63,867 nucleotides of DNA, from the NCBI RefSeq assembly GCF_016433145.1, contig NC_058132.1:64002948-64066814 (forward strand), given 5' to 3'. How positions within the stretch are numbered: position 1 is the first letter of the stretch; each line of letters opens with the position of its first letter. Below, in pieces: positions 14,622-27,700 of the stretch. This DNA is from Gracilinanus agilis. Lineage: Eukaryota. The notes below the pieces were generated by a model, which saw only the letters and a program-made list of their open reading frames with translations, did not search any database and was not told the origin of the DNA. Made by a program: the position numbers and the translations under genes.

Positions 14622-15339
14622 GGACTAGGCAGTGGGGGTTAAGTGACTTGCCCAGGGTCACACAGCTAGGAAGTGCCTGAGGTTAGATTTGAACCCAGGA
14701 CCTCTTGTCTCTAGGCTTGGCTCTCTCTCCTCTGGGATGCACCTTTATTTTACAGCTCTTAGGTAGCTGTCCTGGGATCCTAAGTGGTTGTGACTTCCCA
14801 GTGTCACCCAGCCTGTGTGTGTCAGAGGTGACACTTTGTACACAGGCCTTCCTGATTCCAAAGCCATCTCTCCAGTCACCACCTCCTCCAGCTTGGCACA
14901 TAGCAGGGATTCAAGAGATGCTTGTGGACTGATTAATTAGGCACCTGACCCCCATTGACCTTAGCGGGCTGGGGCTGGCTATTCTGGAGGAGAGGCTCGC
15001 CCGGTCCTGTGGTACTCACACCCTCCAGCCCTTGGTTCTGATTCTGGTCCAGTCTCAGCGTGCTGTGGCATCTTGAGGGCCGCGCCCTCCGGTGTCCCCT
15101 CTGCTACTTAACCCGCCACAAGCCCGGGGGTCAAGCCCTTTCTTTTTGTTGACCCTCAATTTCCACCCTCCTGGGTCAGTGTGGGATCATATGACGGCGG
15201 GAGGGCTGTAAGGGGTTTTGTAACCAGAAAGCGCTGTGCTTGTGGGTCAGTGACCCTTACTCTACCCCCAACCCCCAACCCCCAGCCCGACTGTGCCCAG
15301 GAGCAGCAGTCCATGCAGGGAAACCGGGTGGATGATTCA

Positions 15340-15780
15340 GAGCCCGAGGGATTCGCAGTCCCAAACCGGTAGGCGTGGGCGCCCCCCCCTCTCGCCCCAG
15401 CAGCGTCCGCCCCCTGCCCCGGGGCTAGAGTTGGGGAGTGGGGTGGGGCTGAGGAGGGGGCGGGCTCTCCTGGCAGACGGGGCTGAGCGGCCGAGCCAAT
15501 AGGTGCGCCGGGATGCTCACCTGGCACGGGCCACGTGGGCGCAGGTATGTGGCAGGCTCCGCCCCCTGCCCCGCCCGCCCGCCCCAAACCCTCGGGACAT
15601 CTCTGGGTTTCGGGGGCGGAAATTTTCCGGACAGGACGGTCCGGGTTTCGCGATGGAGCCGGTGGCATCCTGGGGTCCTGGGTCGGTGGTGGCCTGGTTG
15701 AGAGGTGGGTAGTGGTCTGCCCTGGGTTGGCAGGTGGTGTCTACATCCGCCGACGTCTTGTGGGGAGGAGGGAGAGCGTA
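15340..15780 (+). promoter_or_regulatory. CNKSR1 CpG-island promoter
   Basis: CpG-rich. AGCCAATAG (NF-Y type) at about 15494-15502, CACGTG at 15532-15537, GC boxes at about 15456 and 15569-15585, just upstream of ATG 15653. Confidence 0.7.
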
Positions 15781-18700
15781 CTCCAGGAATCTGGCAGTAA
15801 GACACTGTGTGTGTCAGAGGGGGGGGCTCCTGGTCTACACTGGCCTGAACCGGGAGGGGTTGTTTACACTGACATTGAGGGCGGGTGCCCTATTTACACT
15901 GCCCTCCCAAAGATGGGAAGCCTTGAAGTTGTGGGTTCCGGGTTTCTGAGCTCCCACCCTTCTTGGAAAGGAGGGTGTCCTCCCCGGGGCGCGAGTGATA
16001 TAAGGAAGAGAAGGTCCTCAGCCCTGTTTGGAGGCCGGGGGATGGAGGCAATGACCTCTTCTTAGGGGTCCTTCCAGTTTCAGAATTGCAGGCCCATCCC
16101 ACCCCACACCCCTTCCTGTCTTAAAGAGACAGCAAGACACTCCTAAAATAATCATTCATTTCTGGAGCGATTTAAGATTTGCAAAGCACTTCCCTCCCAA
16201 CCCTAGGTGAGATAAGTTGTGTAGGTACATTTTTGCCCCTTTTTGCAGACGAGGAAACTGAGGCGCTGGGAGGTTGGCACAACTTCATCTCTGCCTCATT
16301 TCCGTACAAGCTCAAAGGACTTTCCTGATCTCCCACACCCCCCCCCCCCAAATAACCCTTACCTTTTATCCTAGTATCAATTCTAAGACGGAAAAGTGGC
16401 AAAAGCTTAGGCTGTTGGGGTTGAGTGACTTGCCCAGGGTCCCACAACTGTTACTAACTCTACCTGAAATGTACCCAGTATGTATTCTGTATGGATTTAT
16501 TTATGTGCGGTTTTTGTTGTCTGTCCTTGGGGTATGTCAGCTTCTTGTGGGCAGAGACTTTCATTTTTTCCTTTTTATCCTCCCGTACCTGACTGCTGGC
16601 AGGTAATTAATCTATGCTGTTGTTGTTTTCATTGGTTATTTTAAGTGACACCCTCAGGGTCCTGTAGCAGGAGGTTAAGCCTTCTCAGGTTCCCAGGAGT
16701 CACACACTCTCCTTGTTACCTGTCCTTAGAGGGTTTACATCTTCAGGGATTGAAGGTTTGGGGAAGGAAACTGGGCTATAATCAGAGCGAACATAAAAAC
16801 AGCCCCATATTATCTCCATCTTCAAAAGACTACTGAGATCTGGAGGAAGCTATCATTAGACCCATTTCTCAGTTGGAGAGACTGAAAAGGGAGGAAGTGA
16901 TTTGCTTAGAACCTATGGGAGGAGGCCCAAGTCATTTGCCCATAAATCTTTAACTCCACTTTTGGGCAAGTTCAAATCTGGGCTCAGATACCAGGTGTGC
17001 CCCTTAGCAAGCCACCTAACTGCAATCTGCCTTAATTTTCTCAACTGTAAAATGGTGTAAGGGTGTAATAGGGGTTTTATGGGTTCAATATATACAATTC
17101 AAAGGGAAGCAGTCAGAGGTCCCAACAGAGTCTCAGCATTCCAACACTCCTCCATGATCCAGAAGAGGTCCTCACCAGATGCTCTCTTCCTCCGAAGACA
17201 TCAGCTGACTGAGGACCTTCTCCTATTAAAGGGGTCACTTATGTGTCATTCCTGTTCCTCCCTTCTAATTTGCATGTCCAATCACAATAGACAATTCTCA
17301 TAGACTGCCTAGGGGGCGGGTCAGTTGATTACCTCCCAGAATTAGAGGTGTTCTCACCTTTGGTGATTAAATCTAAAGATGGGCAGTGGAGACTTCATCT
17401 AATTATCACAATGGCAACAAATAATAGCACCTACCTCCTTGGGCTGTTTTGAGGGTAAAAATGAGATAATATTTGGAAAGTGCTTTACAAACTTAAATAC
17501 ACTGTATAAATGCTCCTAGGTATTAGTAGCTGCTATTTTTAAGGTTAAGAGAAAAAGTTTCTAAAGCAGTTCTTTGTCATGGACCCTTCACTATAGTGAA
17601 GTCAGATGGTATCCCTTCCCAGTCATAATTTTAAATGTATAAGATAAAATGAATAGGATTACAAAGGAAACCAATGGGATTGAAATAGACTTATCAAAAT
17701 ATTTTTAAGAAAATAAATTCATGGACCCCAGGTTAAGAACCCCTGGACTGCCTTCAGGGAGCCCCCAGTCCTAAAGGGAAGGTACACCCAGGTCAAAGAC
17801 CAACACATTTAATTCTCCCAAGTGTAGAGAGTTATAGAAACAAGTGCTAGGAAAGGTGGGGAGGGAGTAGAGAGCAGAAACCAGGTAGGGTGAGTCAGGA
17901 AAGGCTTCCTGGAGGAGGAGAACCAGGAACAGGTTTTTGGGAAGAGCCACAGAAATAGGCTTTGTGCAGGCTTAGTGGTCACAGTGTCATAAAATTGGAG
18001 CTAGCAGGGAATTTATAGGTCATTTGGTCCAACCCTGTGGTTTTATAAAGGAGGAAACAGACCCAGAGGAAAGCACTAATTTGTTTAAGGTCATACAGGG
18101 ACTCAAGCCATTGCTCTTTCTATTAATTTGTGGGCTTTTGACCAGCAAGGTGTCCGAACCATCTTGGAAAGGGGGGAGCAGGGGAAGGGAACCCTCAGAT
18201 GATGAGTGGGTGAGATGGAGAAGTAAGTGACTAGAGGGTCTTCACTGAGAGGTTGAATCTAAGAGAAGCAGAGAATTTTTTTTTCAGGGTTAGAAAGGAA
18301 TTTAGAAACAGAGAAGGGAACCTTGAAGAGGGCCTAGAATCAAGCCCAATTTGTGAAGGTTACCATCTTAAAGACAGTCTTGCTGTTGTTCAGTCACATC
18401 CAACTCTTCATGACCCCATTTGGGGTTTTCTTGGCAAAGAGACTGGAGTAGTTTGCCATTTCCTTCTCCTGCTCATTTGACAGATGAGGAAACTGAGTCA
18501 AACCAGGTTTTGGAGTGTTTTGCCCTTTCCTTTTCCAGCTCATTTGACAGATGAGGAAATTGAGGCAAACAGGATGAAGTGGCTTGCCCAGGGAGACATA
18601 CCTGTTGCGTCTGAAGCTAGATTGGAACTCAGGAAGGCGAGTTTTCCTGACTCCAGCCTGAGTACTCTATCCACTACCCTACCAAGCTGCAGCTAGCTGA

Positions 18701-21700
18701 TGATTTAATCCATAAAGTACCAGGGCTGGAGTCAGGAAGACTTGAATCCCAATTCTAGCCTCAGGTATCTTATTAGTGGGGTGACCCTGGACAAGTCATA
18801 TTGCCTCAGTTTCCTCAACTGAAAATTGGGGATAGCACCTACCTTGCAGGATTGCCTGGCACATGGTAGGTGCTATATAAATGGACTCCTTCCCTTTACT
18901 GTCTGTGGACTTCGTCACTTAACTTCCCTGAGCTTCAGTTCCCACATGTGCAGAATGACGAGGTTGGATTAGATGGCCTGTTGGTGCCTATGAACCATTT
19001 AAACCAGAAATTATTAACCTGGGGTTTGTGAATTTGCCTCTGTGAAGTTCGTCCGTTCCTTTGTTTTTTAAACATCTGATAGCTTTATTTCACAATTGGT
19101 TTCTTTTATTCTCCTCTGTATTTTATTGTAAGCATTTAAAAAACAATGTCTGAGAAGGAGTCCATAGGCTTCACCAGACACCCCATGGCGTCCATGGCCC
19201 CCCAAAGAGGTTAAAAATCCTTGCTCTAGTCCCAAACTCTGCATTTACAGAAGGGGAAGTGGAGACCCAGAAAAGGGAAATAACTTATACTAGGTACCTT
19301 GGCAAATCAGGAGAAAATCTGGAGCTCCCTGTTCAGAGAAGGCCATTGTAGTATATTTCATTGGGGGGGAGGGGAGGAGGAGAGCTTGCTGTGTGATGGA
19401 CCCAGGAGCCCTGATTCCCCAGCTCAATTAAGGGGAAGATGTATAGAATAGTCCCTCCCCCAAATGCAGTAAAGGAAGGGAGCTGGGAGCTGCTAACTGA
19501 ATCCCACAAGCCTCCCCAGAAGGGTTTTCTTTCTCCACGATTTGCCCAGATTCCTTAAGGGAAGCGAGGGGGTCATCTCTCATGTAGCTGTTCTCATTCC
19601 CTCCCGGGTCTCTAGGATTCCTAGATTTCTCCCCGAAGTCTTTGCCTATTCTCCAACCAAAACAATCCCTTCTTCCTGTTTGGGGCTGGTAAATGTTTAA
19701 CCACTGGCTCTCCCAAAAAGCAAGTGCTCAGGACATGCATTCAAAGTTTAATCTGCATTAACAACACTCTTTCTATCGCTTTGTTAAGTCGAAATGATAA
19801 ATAAAACACCACCAAAATAATATGTAATAATAAAGTTTAAAATAATTAATATTATCTGTAGCTTTTGCTTAGGTCTAAATGCTCACACTGAAAAATTTAA
19901 CAATCAGCTCTCTCCAGCATACCCCTTTAGAAGGGGAGATCAGAGACAGCTAAAGGCCAAGCATCTTGGTCAATTTTTGACTGCTATGAACTTTGTATCT
20001 TTTTTTTTTTTTTAAACCCTCACCTTCTGTCTTAGAATCAGTACTGTGTATTGGTTCCCAGGGAGAAGAGTGGTAAGAGTTGGGCAGTGGAGGTTAAGTG
20101 ACTTGCCCAGGGTCACACAGCTAGGAAATGTGAGGTCAGAATCTCCCATCTCCAGGGGTGGCTCCCTATCCACCAAGCCACCTTGCTGCCCCTGCGAGTT
20201 TTTTATTTTAGTGTTCCTTTCAGCTGACCCATTAATAAGCCCCTACTAGGTGCCAGACACTGTGTTAAGTGATGGGAATTCTAGGATAAAAACAGAACAC
20301 TGGGGACAGCTAGGTCATTCAGTGGATAGAGCCCCACACCTGGAGTCCAGAGGACCGGAGTTCAAATTTGGTTGCAGACACTCTAGCTGTGTGATTCTGG
20401 GCAAGTCACTTAACTCCATTTGCCTAGCTCTGGCCTCTCTGTCTGAGAGTTGTTTCTAGGACAGAAAGAAGAGTTTAAAAAACCCTTTCCAGCCCCTCTG
20501 AGGGGGTGACAACATGACTACCAGGAGGCACTTAGAAAATAAACTGGGGGTGGGAGAGGTGCTGGGCCTTGGGAGCGGGGAAGGAGAAAGGGAATCCACC
20601 ACGATCTTGGGATGGAAGGAGCATTTGAGCCTGGCTTGGAAGGAAACTAGGAATTCTGAGAGGTGTCGGGGTACGGAGGGAGAGCATTCCAGACGGGAGA
20701 TGAGGCAGGGAAGACTGGCAAGGCTGTGCCAGAGGGTGAATGGAGAGGCATGATGGCTAATAAGGGCAGAAATGTCAGCTGGAGACAGCTGGTGAAGAGC
20801 TCGAAATGCCAGAGGAGTTTGGATTTGACCCTGGAGGGAGGAGGGAGGCCCTGGATGTTGAGCAGGGGAGTGACCTCATCAGGCCGCTGGGCTTTAGGAA
20901 TATCCGTTTGGCAGCTGGGTGGAAAGGAGGGAGACGATTCCTTAATTAAAACCATAGAAGAACTGGGAGGGTCCTGAGAACGGAGGGTGTCGGAGCTGGG
21001 AGGCCCCATAGGACAGGGAATGTCAGGGCTGGGATAGCCCTTCTTATCTTGGCCAACTGGCTCACTTTGCAGATGGAAAATGGGTCCAGAGGGGATCAGT
21101 GACTTGTCTCCCAGCCCAGATCTGTCTCCTTATTCCAGGGAGCTCCCAGGCCACATTTTCTTTGTAAGCTCTCCCTGTCCTAAGGGGAGCAAGGGAAGGG
21201 TTTTTCTGATCATACCGGTCATCATTAGCATTTATATAATGCACCTTGTATATGTCATCTCACTTGATTTTCACAAAAATCTTTGTTCAATGGTGCCTTC
21301 TCTAATGGGGGAGAGGAGGGAGAGAGTTAGCTGTATTTTATTGTAACAAACAAATTAATTGATCTTAAATAATAGTTACTTTTTAACTAGAGGCAGCTGT
21401 GGCTCAGTGCTTAAGAATACTGGGTTTAGAGTCAGGAAAACCTGAGTTCAAATCTAGCCTTGTACCCTTCCTAGTTGTGTGACCCTGGGCAAGTCACTTA
21501 ACCTCTAACCAAACTATCCACTGGCAAACCACTCCAGTATCCTTGCCGAGAAAACCCTATGGATAACTCTGGTCCATGGTGTTATGAGGAAGAGGGCTCA
21601 TTTGAACAACAAAACTTTTATTTAGTGCCTACTGTGTACCGGGCACTGTGCTAAGCAATTGACAGTTATCGTCTCCTTTGATCCTCAAAACAAACCTGAA

Positions 21701-24700
21701 AGGTATTGTCACCTCCATTTTCCAGATAAGGAAACTCAGGCTGAGAAGATAAAGAGACTTGCCTAGGGTTGACCAGCTAGGAAATGTCTGCCTTAGGATT
21801 GGACCCTCAGGATTCCTGACTCCCAGATCTAACACTGCCCACTGCCTTTTTGGCCATTTCTACACCATGAAAGTTGGCGTTACCCAGGGACCCTTGAAGC
21901 TAGCAGATCTGGAAGTATGAGGAAACATACCCAGAGGGCAGGTCTGGGACTCGCTTGTGAGTGCCAGTGATGGTAGCCCCTCTCTTATCTATAGGAAGCA
22001 GGGGAGAGGGAGGAAGCCCTGTTACTTCATGCCCTCCTGGATCTCTCCTCCTCCAGGTCTGGATGACCTAGTACAGGAGTACCCCTTTGAGGAGTGGGCC
22101 CTAGTGGGGAGTGATCTGCTTCAACTCTGCCCTCGGAGCCTGGAGGACTTGGGGGTCTGCCATGTTGGTCATCAGGAACTCATCCTAGATGGGGTGGAAC
22201 AACTCCGGACTCTGGTGAGTAGGCACCAAGGACACCTCCTGGAGGGCCCTTCTCCAGGGACACCACCCATCTAGTAGGCTTATAGAATCTGGGTTATTTA
22301 CCCAAAGTTCTATAGAGGTCAGAGGGCAGAACCAAGCCTAGAACCTAGGTCTTCTGATCATGCAGAGTCCTGGATCCTTGTCCTTCTCCCAGCCCTGTTT
22401 GCTGGGGCTGAGTTATAAGATCATGGGACCCGGAGTTGGAAGGGTCCAGTCTTCCCATTTTATAGTTGAGGAAACCGAGGCCCAGAGAGGTTAGGGAATT
22501 TGCTCAAAGTTACACAGGTAGTAAAGAACAGAATTGGGAGTGTAAGCCTAAACCCTCTCATTCCTAATCCATTTTCCCATTGAGAAGGTCTGGTACAAGA
22601 GAATATGGGAGATGGTGATGGGGTGAGGGATAACCGCTTATGTTCCTCTCGTTGGCCACAGAGCTCTGGGCTAGAGACTGAGAATCTCCGGAAGCTAACA
22701 GAGCAGCTGCGGGCCCTCACGCACAAGTTGTGCAGCCTCGTCCCGGGCTGTCTTGAGTCCAATGGGGAACCCGCCCCAGAACTCCTTACCGGAGCCATCG
22801 AGCTAGTCCGGGCAGCTTGGGCCCTTCTCTGCTGGCTCAACAGGTAATATTGCTAATGAATAATTATTCGTATTCTCAGTAATAGCCCCTTGTGTTTGCT
22901 TCACACCTTGACGGTTCGCAAAGGGCTTTCTCACCAGTCCCATGTTCCATGCAGTCCTCAGAAGGATTGCAGGAAAGAGGGATCATTGGCCCCATTTTGT
23001 AGCCAAGGCTGTATAAGACTCTAACTGAGGTTTCTATCTTAAATCGCTTCCCCAGAGTTATCCAATGAGACTTGACAGCAGACCCAACACTCAAAACATC
23101 AAGCTTTTGATTCCTAGACCCTTGTTCCTTCCATGATATCCCCCTCTACCTGGCAGAGGCAGGTGGAGACACTCCTGGGGACCAAAGTAAAATGAAGGAT
23201 TCCGGCCATGAGACCGAGTTTGACTTGGGCAGACCCTGGACCTCCCCAATACCCAACTGGGTAGACTTCATGCCCACAATTCTAGCCTCTGCTGGGGAAG
23301 GCTGTGAAGTCCTTTGCCCTGTGCCATCTGCGACTCTAACTCTGGGGCTCAGATGTCTTTCAACCTTCCCTGACCCCCAGGTACCTTTTTTCTCAAATCA
23401 ATGACTTCTCCGCCTGCCAGGAAATCGGGGACTTGTGCAGGGAGCTGGCCCGGGCCTTGCAGGAGGTGAGTGACCCTCTAAATCCTGCCCCACAGGCCTA
23501 GAGGTGATACTGGGCCCAGCCCAGAGGGGCGGAGCAGGAGGAATCAGATCCTAGCAATGCTTTTTATAACTTGTGAATCAGACAGGGATCGGGTGTGGGG
23601 GCCAGACAGAGCCAGGAGAGGGGTGACTGGCCACTTGAGGAAGACCGGAGGTTTCAGGTACTTGAGGGGAATAGGCATGTCGGTTTAGAACTTGAGATCT
23701 GGAGTTGGGATGAGACTGGGTTCCCTGGTCTTTACCACCCTGACTCACCAAAGCCCTCCCTCCAGAGGCTCACCTTCACCCCATACTTTCCTGACCTTGA
23801 CTTTTGTGTCAAGCCTGGGCCAGGGGCTGGACTGGGCTTGGAGCTTGGGTGGGAAGAGGCAGGAGCTGTGAATGTGGCCCTAAAAAGCCCCTCTTTGGGA
23901 GATGGGGGGGGAGAGCAGCCAGGGAGAGGCTGGAGGGATTATTTGGCAGGTCATAGAAAAAGGTCTAGGACTAGCAGGCATGAGCTCGAGGCAGGAAGAA
24001 GCATACGGGGCCCTAGAACCCAGCCTGAGAAGAGAATGCAGTGGGGAAGTCTGGCTCTGATGATCTGTTTGGGGAATGAGGAATTTGAATGTGGCCCCGG
24101 AAAAGAATATATGAACGTGCGTGTGTCTGTCTGAGAAGGGGCAAGTGGGACCCTGGAGAGAGCAGAGATTATTTTGCCTGCAAGCATGATGTAGGGACCC
24201 CAAGTGATGATAAGAGGAAATAGAGCAGGTCGAGGCTGTCAGAGAATAGGGGACTCTGATCCCTGGTGTCCGTCTGGTTTTAAGAGGGACTGTGGTCTCC
24301 TCTGAGGCCATTCTTCCAGGAGAGAGAGGAAAGAAGTGTCTCATGCAAAAGCTAGTCAGATTCCTCTGTTCAATTTGGGGGTCCATCTGGACCTCCTGTC
24401 TCTTCTTTTAGGATTACCCAGTGGCAAAAAAGGAGGCTGAGATCCTGAGGCTTGTGAGTATTATGGGAGGAGAGGGAAGCAGTGGTGCAGAGAGGAGATG
24501 GGAAGGCTGCTCAGTGGGACTGACCAGACCTCCTCATCTCTCTCCCCCTTTCCCCACATCTCCCTTTGCCCCTCGCCACATTCCCAGAGTAACAACATTT
24601 TGAGCATCTGCGATGCCATTCTGAGCTTCAGCCCTGACCACTTGCTGGATCAGCTGGCTATCCTGGAGCTGGTGGAGCTGCGAGCCAGGTGTCCAGAGGA

Positions 24701-27700
24701 AGCCCTGGTGAGACTGGCCCAGACCCTGCTCTAGACCTTGGCCTTAGCTAGGAAAGAGAAGCAGCACAGGAGAGGGAAGGAGACTCAGGATCTGGGGCTG
24801 AGTTCTCCAGCTCTGACATTGCCTTGGAGACTTTAGACAATCCTTCAACCAGAGCTTCAGTTTACTCCTCCGTAAAATGGGGTCAGTAATGCTTTCACTC
24901 CCTACCTCACTGGATTGTCAGTGGAGTCAGATGAGACAATGGATGGAAAGCTATATTTACATAGGAGCCATTGAGATCCTGGATCCTGCAATTAGAGGAC
25001 CTTGCAAAGAGTCGGGATGCTTGAGTATAAAGTGTCAGAGCTAGGAGAGCCCCTGGAACAGAGACTGTCAGAGCTGGAGGACCCTTAGAACCCAGGATGT
25101 CACAGCCAGGAGGAACTTTAGAACCCAGAATATCAGAGCTAGGAGGAACCCTAGAACAGAGAATGTCAGAGCTGGGAGGAGTCTTAGGGATCAAGTCTTT
25201 AGTTACCCCCTTCCCTAAACCAACCTGTCATCCCCCTTATTTATAGAACCAAAGTCCAAGCCAGAGCAGTTCAGTGACTTCCTCCAGGTCACACAGCTAA
25301 TCAGTGACAGACTTGGGCCCAGAGCTCAGGTTCTCAGACTCCCCACCCTGGGCCTTTTCTGCTTTTACAGCAGAGTAGGAGCTCCTTGGGAGCACTTTTT
25401 TGCTTTATGTCTTAGTCCTGATGTTTTTAGCACAGGGCCTGAGTCACCCAGAGTGAGCCCTTAGTGTTTGTTGATTGACTGTAAGTCCTCTTGCTACTTC
25501 TCACTTCCCCATCCTCACTGAGCTTGCTGGGTGCCTGGCTGTGTCTGTATGCAGGGCCTTGAAATCCTGACCACCAGCAGCTGCCACCACTTTGTGTCTG
25601 GAACAACCCCAGAGGTAAGAGGCCCCCCTCACCCCAGCCTTCCACCCTGACAGAGGAATGTAAGACTGACTCCCCGTCTGTGAGTTCCTCGTGCTCTGTT
25701 TAGCACCTTGCTAGGCTCCGAGGTGTGGAGAGAGTCCTGTCACCCCCCCCCCCCAAGCCCCTCGTCTCTCTCTTTTCCCTCCGTAGTCTCCTGCTGACGA
25801 TTGTGCCCAGATCCTGCTTGGAGACGAGATTGTCCAGGTCAATGGGCAAGTGGTGGTAAGTTTGTTGGGAAGGGAAGGAATGGGAGCATCCCTACTCAGT
25901 CGCCCTGTGGTGGGCTTGGGAGAGAAGAGTGGGACCTGGGTCTGGAAATGGGGATCCCAGCCCTTTGAAGGAGCCCTCTTCCATGTGGAGACTCACTCCT
26001 TGTCTTTTTGGTGTCCACAGACTAGGGGGAGAGATGGCAGCGGCACACCTAGGGTATGGACACATGGATACAAGCACATGTGGTAGTTGAAATGTTAGAC
26101 GTGGATGGGGAGAATTGGAGAATAGAGCTAATGAGTTGAGTGGTGTTCACAGGGAAGACTTCCTAGAAGAGAGCAGGGTATGGTGTGCAACCTGGGGAAG
26201 GGGGAAGACAGGATGGAGAGTAGGTTTGTCTAGCTGGAGCAGAACCTCTCCCCTGTGACTCAGGGGACTGTGGTGGGAGTGCATAGCTAGGTAGCACCGT
26301 GGATAAAATTCTGGGCCTGGAATCAGGAAGAAGACCCACATTCAAATGTGACCTCAGGTACTTACTAGCTGGGTGACCCTGGGTAAAATCATTTCACCCT
26401 CTTTGCCTCAGTTTCCTCATCTGGCAAATGAGCCAGAGAAGGAAATGGCAAACTACTCCAATAACTTTGCTAAGAAAATCCCAAATGGGCTCATGAAGAA
26501 TGGGACACAACTGAAATGTCTCAACAATAAGTAGTGGGAGTGGAGATGGGGGGAGCAGCCCTTGCCCTAATTTCCCAATTCAGAGTGTCCTTGTTTAAGT
26601 CTCTGCCCTGCCTTGGTCCTTTAGGTGGGCTGGCCCCGGGCTAGCTTGAACAGGCAACTGCTGCAGGACCCAACTCTACTCAGACTGGTGCTGAAGACTG
26701 TCCCCGTACCCAAGAGTGCCCCTCAGGTAGGTTTCTTTTCCCCATCCCTATCCCTGCTCTCTGTCCTCTCTTGTTCCTCACTCATGATTTCTTCCTCTTA
26801 TTCCTCAGAGCCCTTTGGATAGTTCCTGCTCAAGGAGCCAATCACCAGGCTTGGCCTCCCCATCTCCTAGGTAACAGACTCTATCAGTAGAGTATGTCCT
26901 GGGTTGGGGATGGCATGTGAAGAAGAGTGACTATTTGTCCCTGTATTCTGGGTTTTCTACAGGACCTCAGAAGAAAAAGCTACTGTTTTCATCTTTGACC
27001 AGAGTACAGATCCAAGATCTCCCAGCTCCCTTGAGGCAGGTAGGAAGGTAGAAGTGGTTGGTGTCAGGAAAAGAACACTCACGTGGGAGTTCTAGACATG
27101 GATTCTAGTCCTTGCTCTGCTATGTCCAGCTGTATGAATCTGGACGAGTCCCTTCTCTTCTCTGGATTTCAGTAGGAGAAAAACTAAGGTCTAGTTTCTT
27201 CCTTTGGGATTTGGGCTAGATGACCTCTATGGTCACTTTTGACCCTAGTATTCTATGTTTCAACATTTGATATTCTAAGAACATGTCAAGTTCTGGCATT
27301 CTATATTCTAACATTTTATATTCTAAAGGCCCTCTCAGCTCTGACATTCTCTGTTCTAAGGTCTCTCCCTGCTCTGACATTCTCTGTTCTAAGGTCTCTC
27401 CCAGCTCTGACATTCTCTGTTCTAAGGTCTCTCCCAGCTCTGACATTCTGTGTTCTAAGCTCTCTCCCAGCTCTGACATTCTCTGTTCTAAGGTTCTTCC
27501 TAGGTCTGACATTCCATGTTCTATGGCCCTTTCCAATCTTCTGGTTTTATTATTCTATGATTCTATCTCTTGTACTCTAGTATATCTGTCTCCCTTTGTG
27601 CTGTACCCCCATCCCAACACATATAACAGACTGATGGGATGCTCCAGCCAGCCCCACCCCAGAAGAGCAGTATTATTAGCATGAATGTCTGAACATCGGG

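Noticed and set aside
15156-16065. Long ORFs of 126-176 aa on both strands at the CNKSR1 promoter
   Set aside because: Stop-poor GC-rich CpG island; only 15653-15704 is supported as coding.
23595-24386. 179-aa (+) and 168-aa (-) ORFs in CNKSR1 intron 4
   Set aside because: Non-ATG or weak starts, no domain features, G-rich intronic composition.
25856-25900. Possible extension of CNKSR1 exon 8 like the recalled human VREERDM isoform
   Set aside because: The frame stays open (VSLLGREGMG), but I see no GT donor at the equivalent position.
27316-27535. 33-bp repeats resembling a CRISPR array
   Set aside because: Units are contiguous with no unique spacers, there are no cas genes, and the context is a eukaryotic intron.
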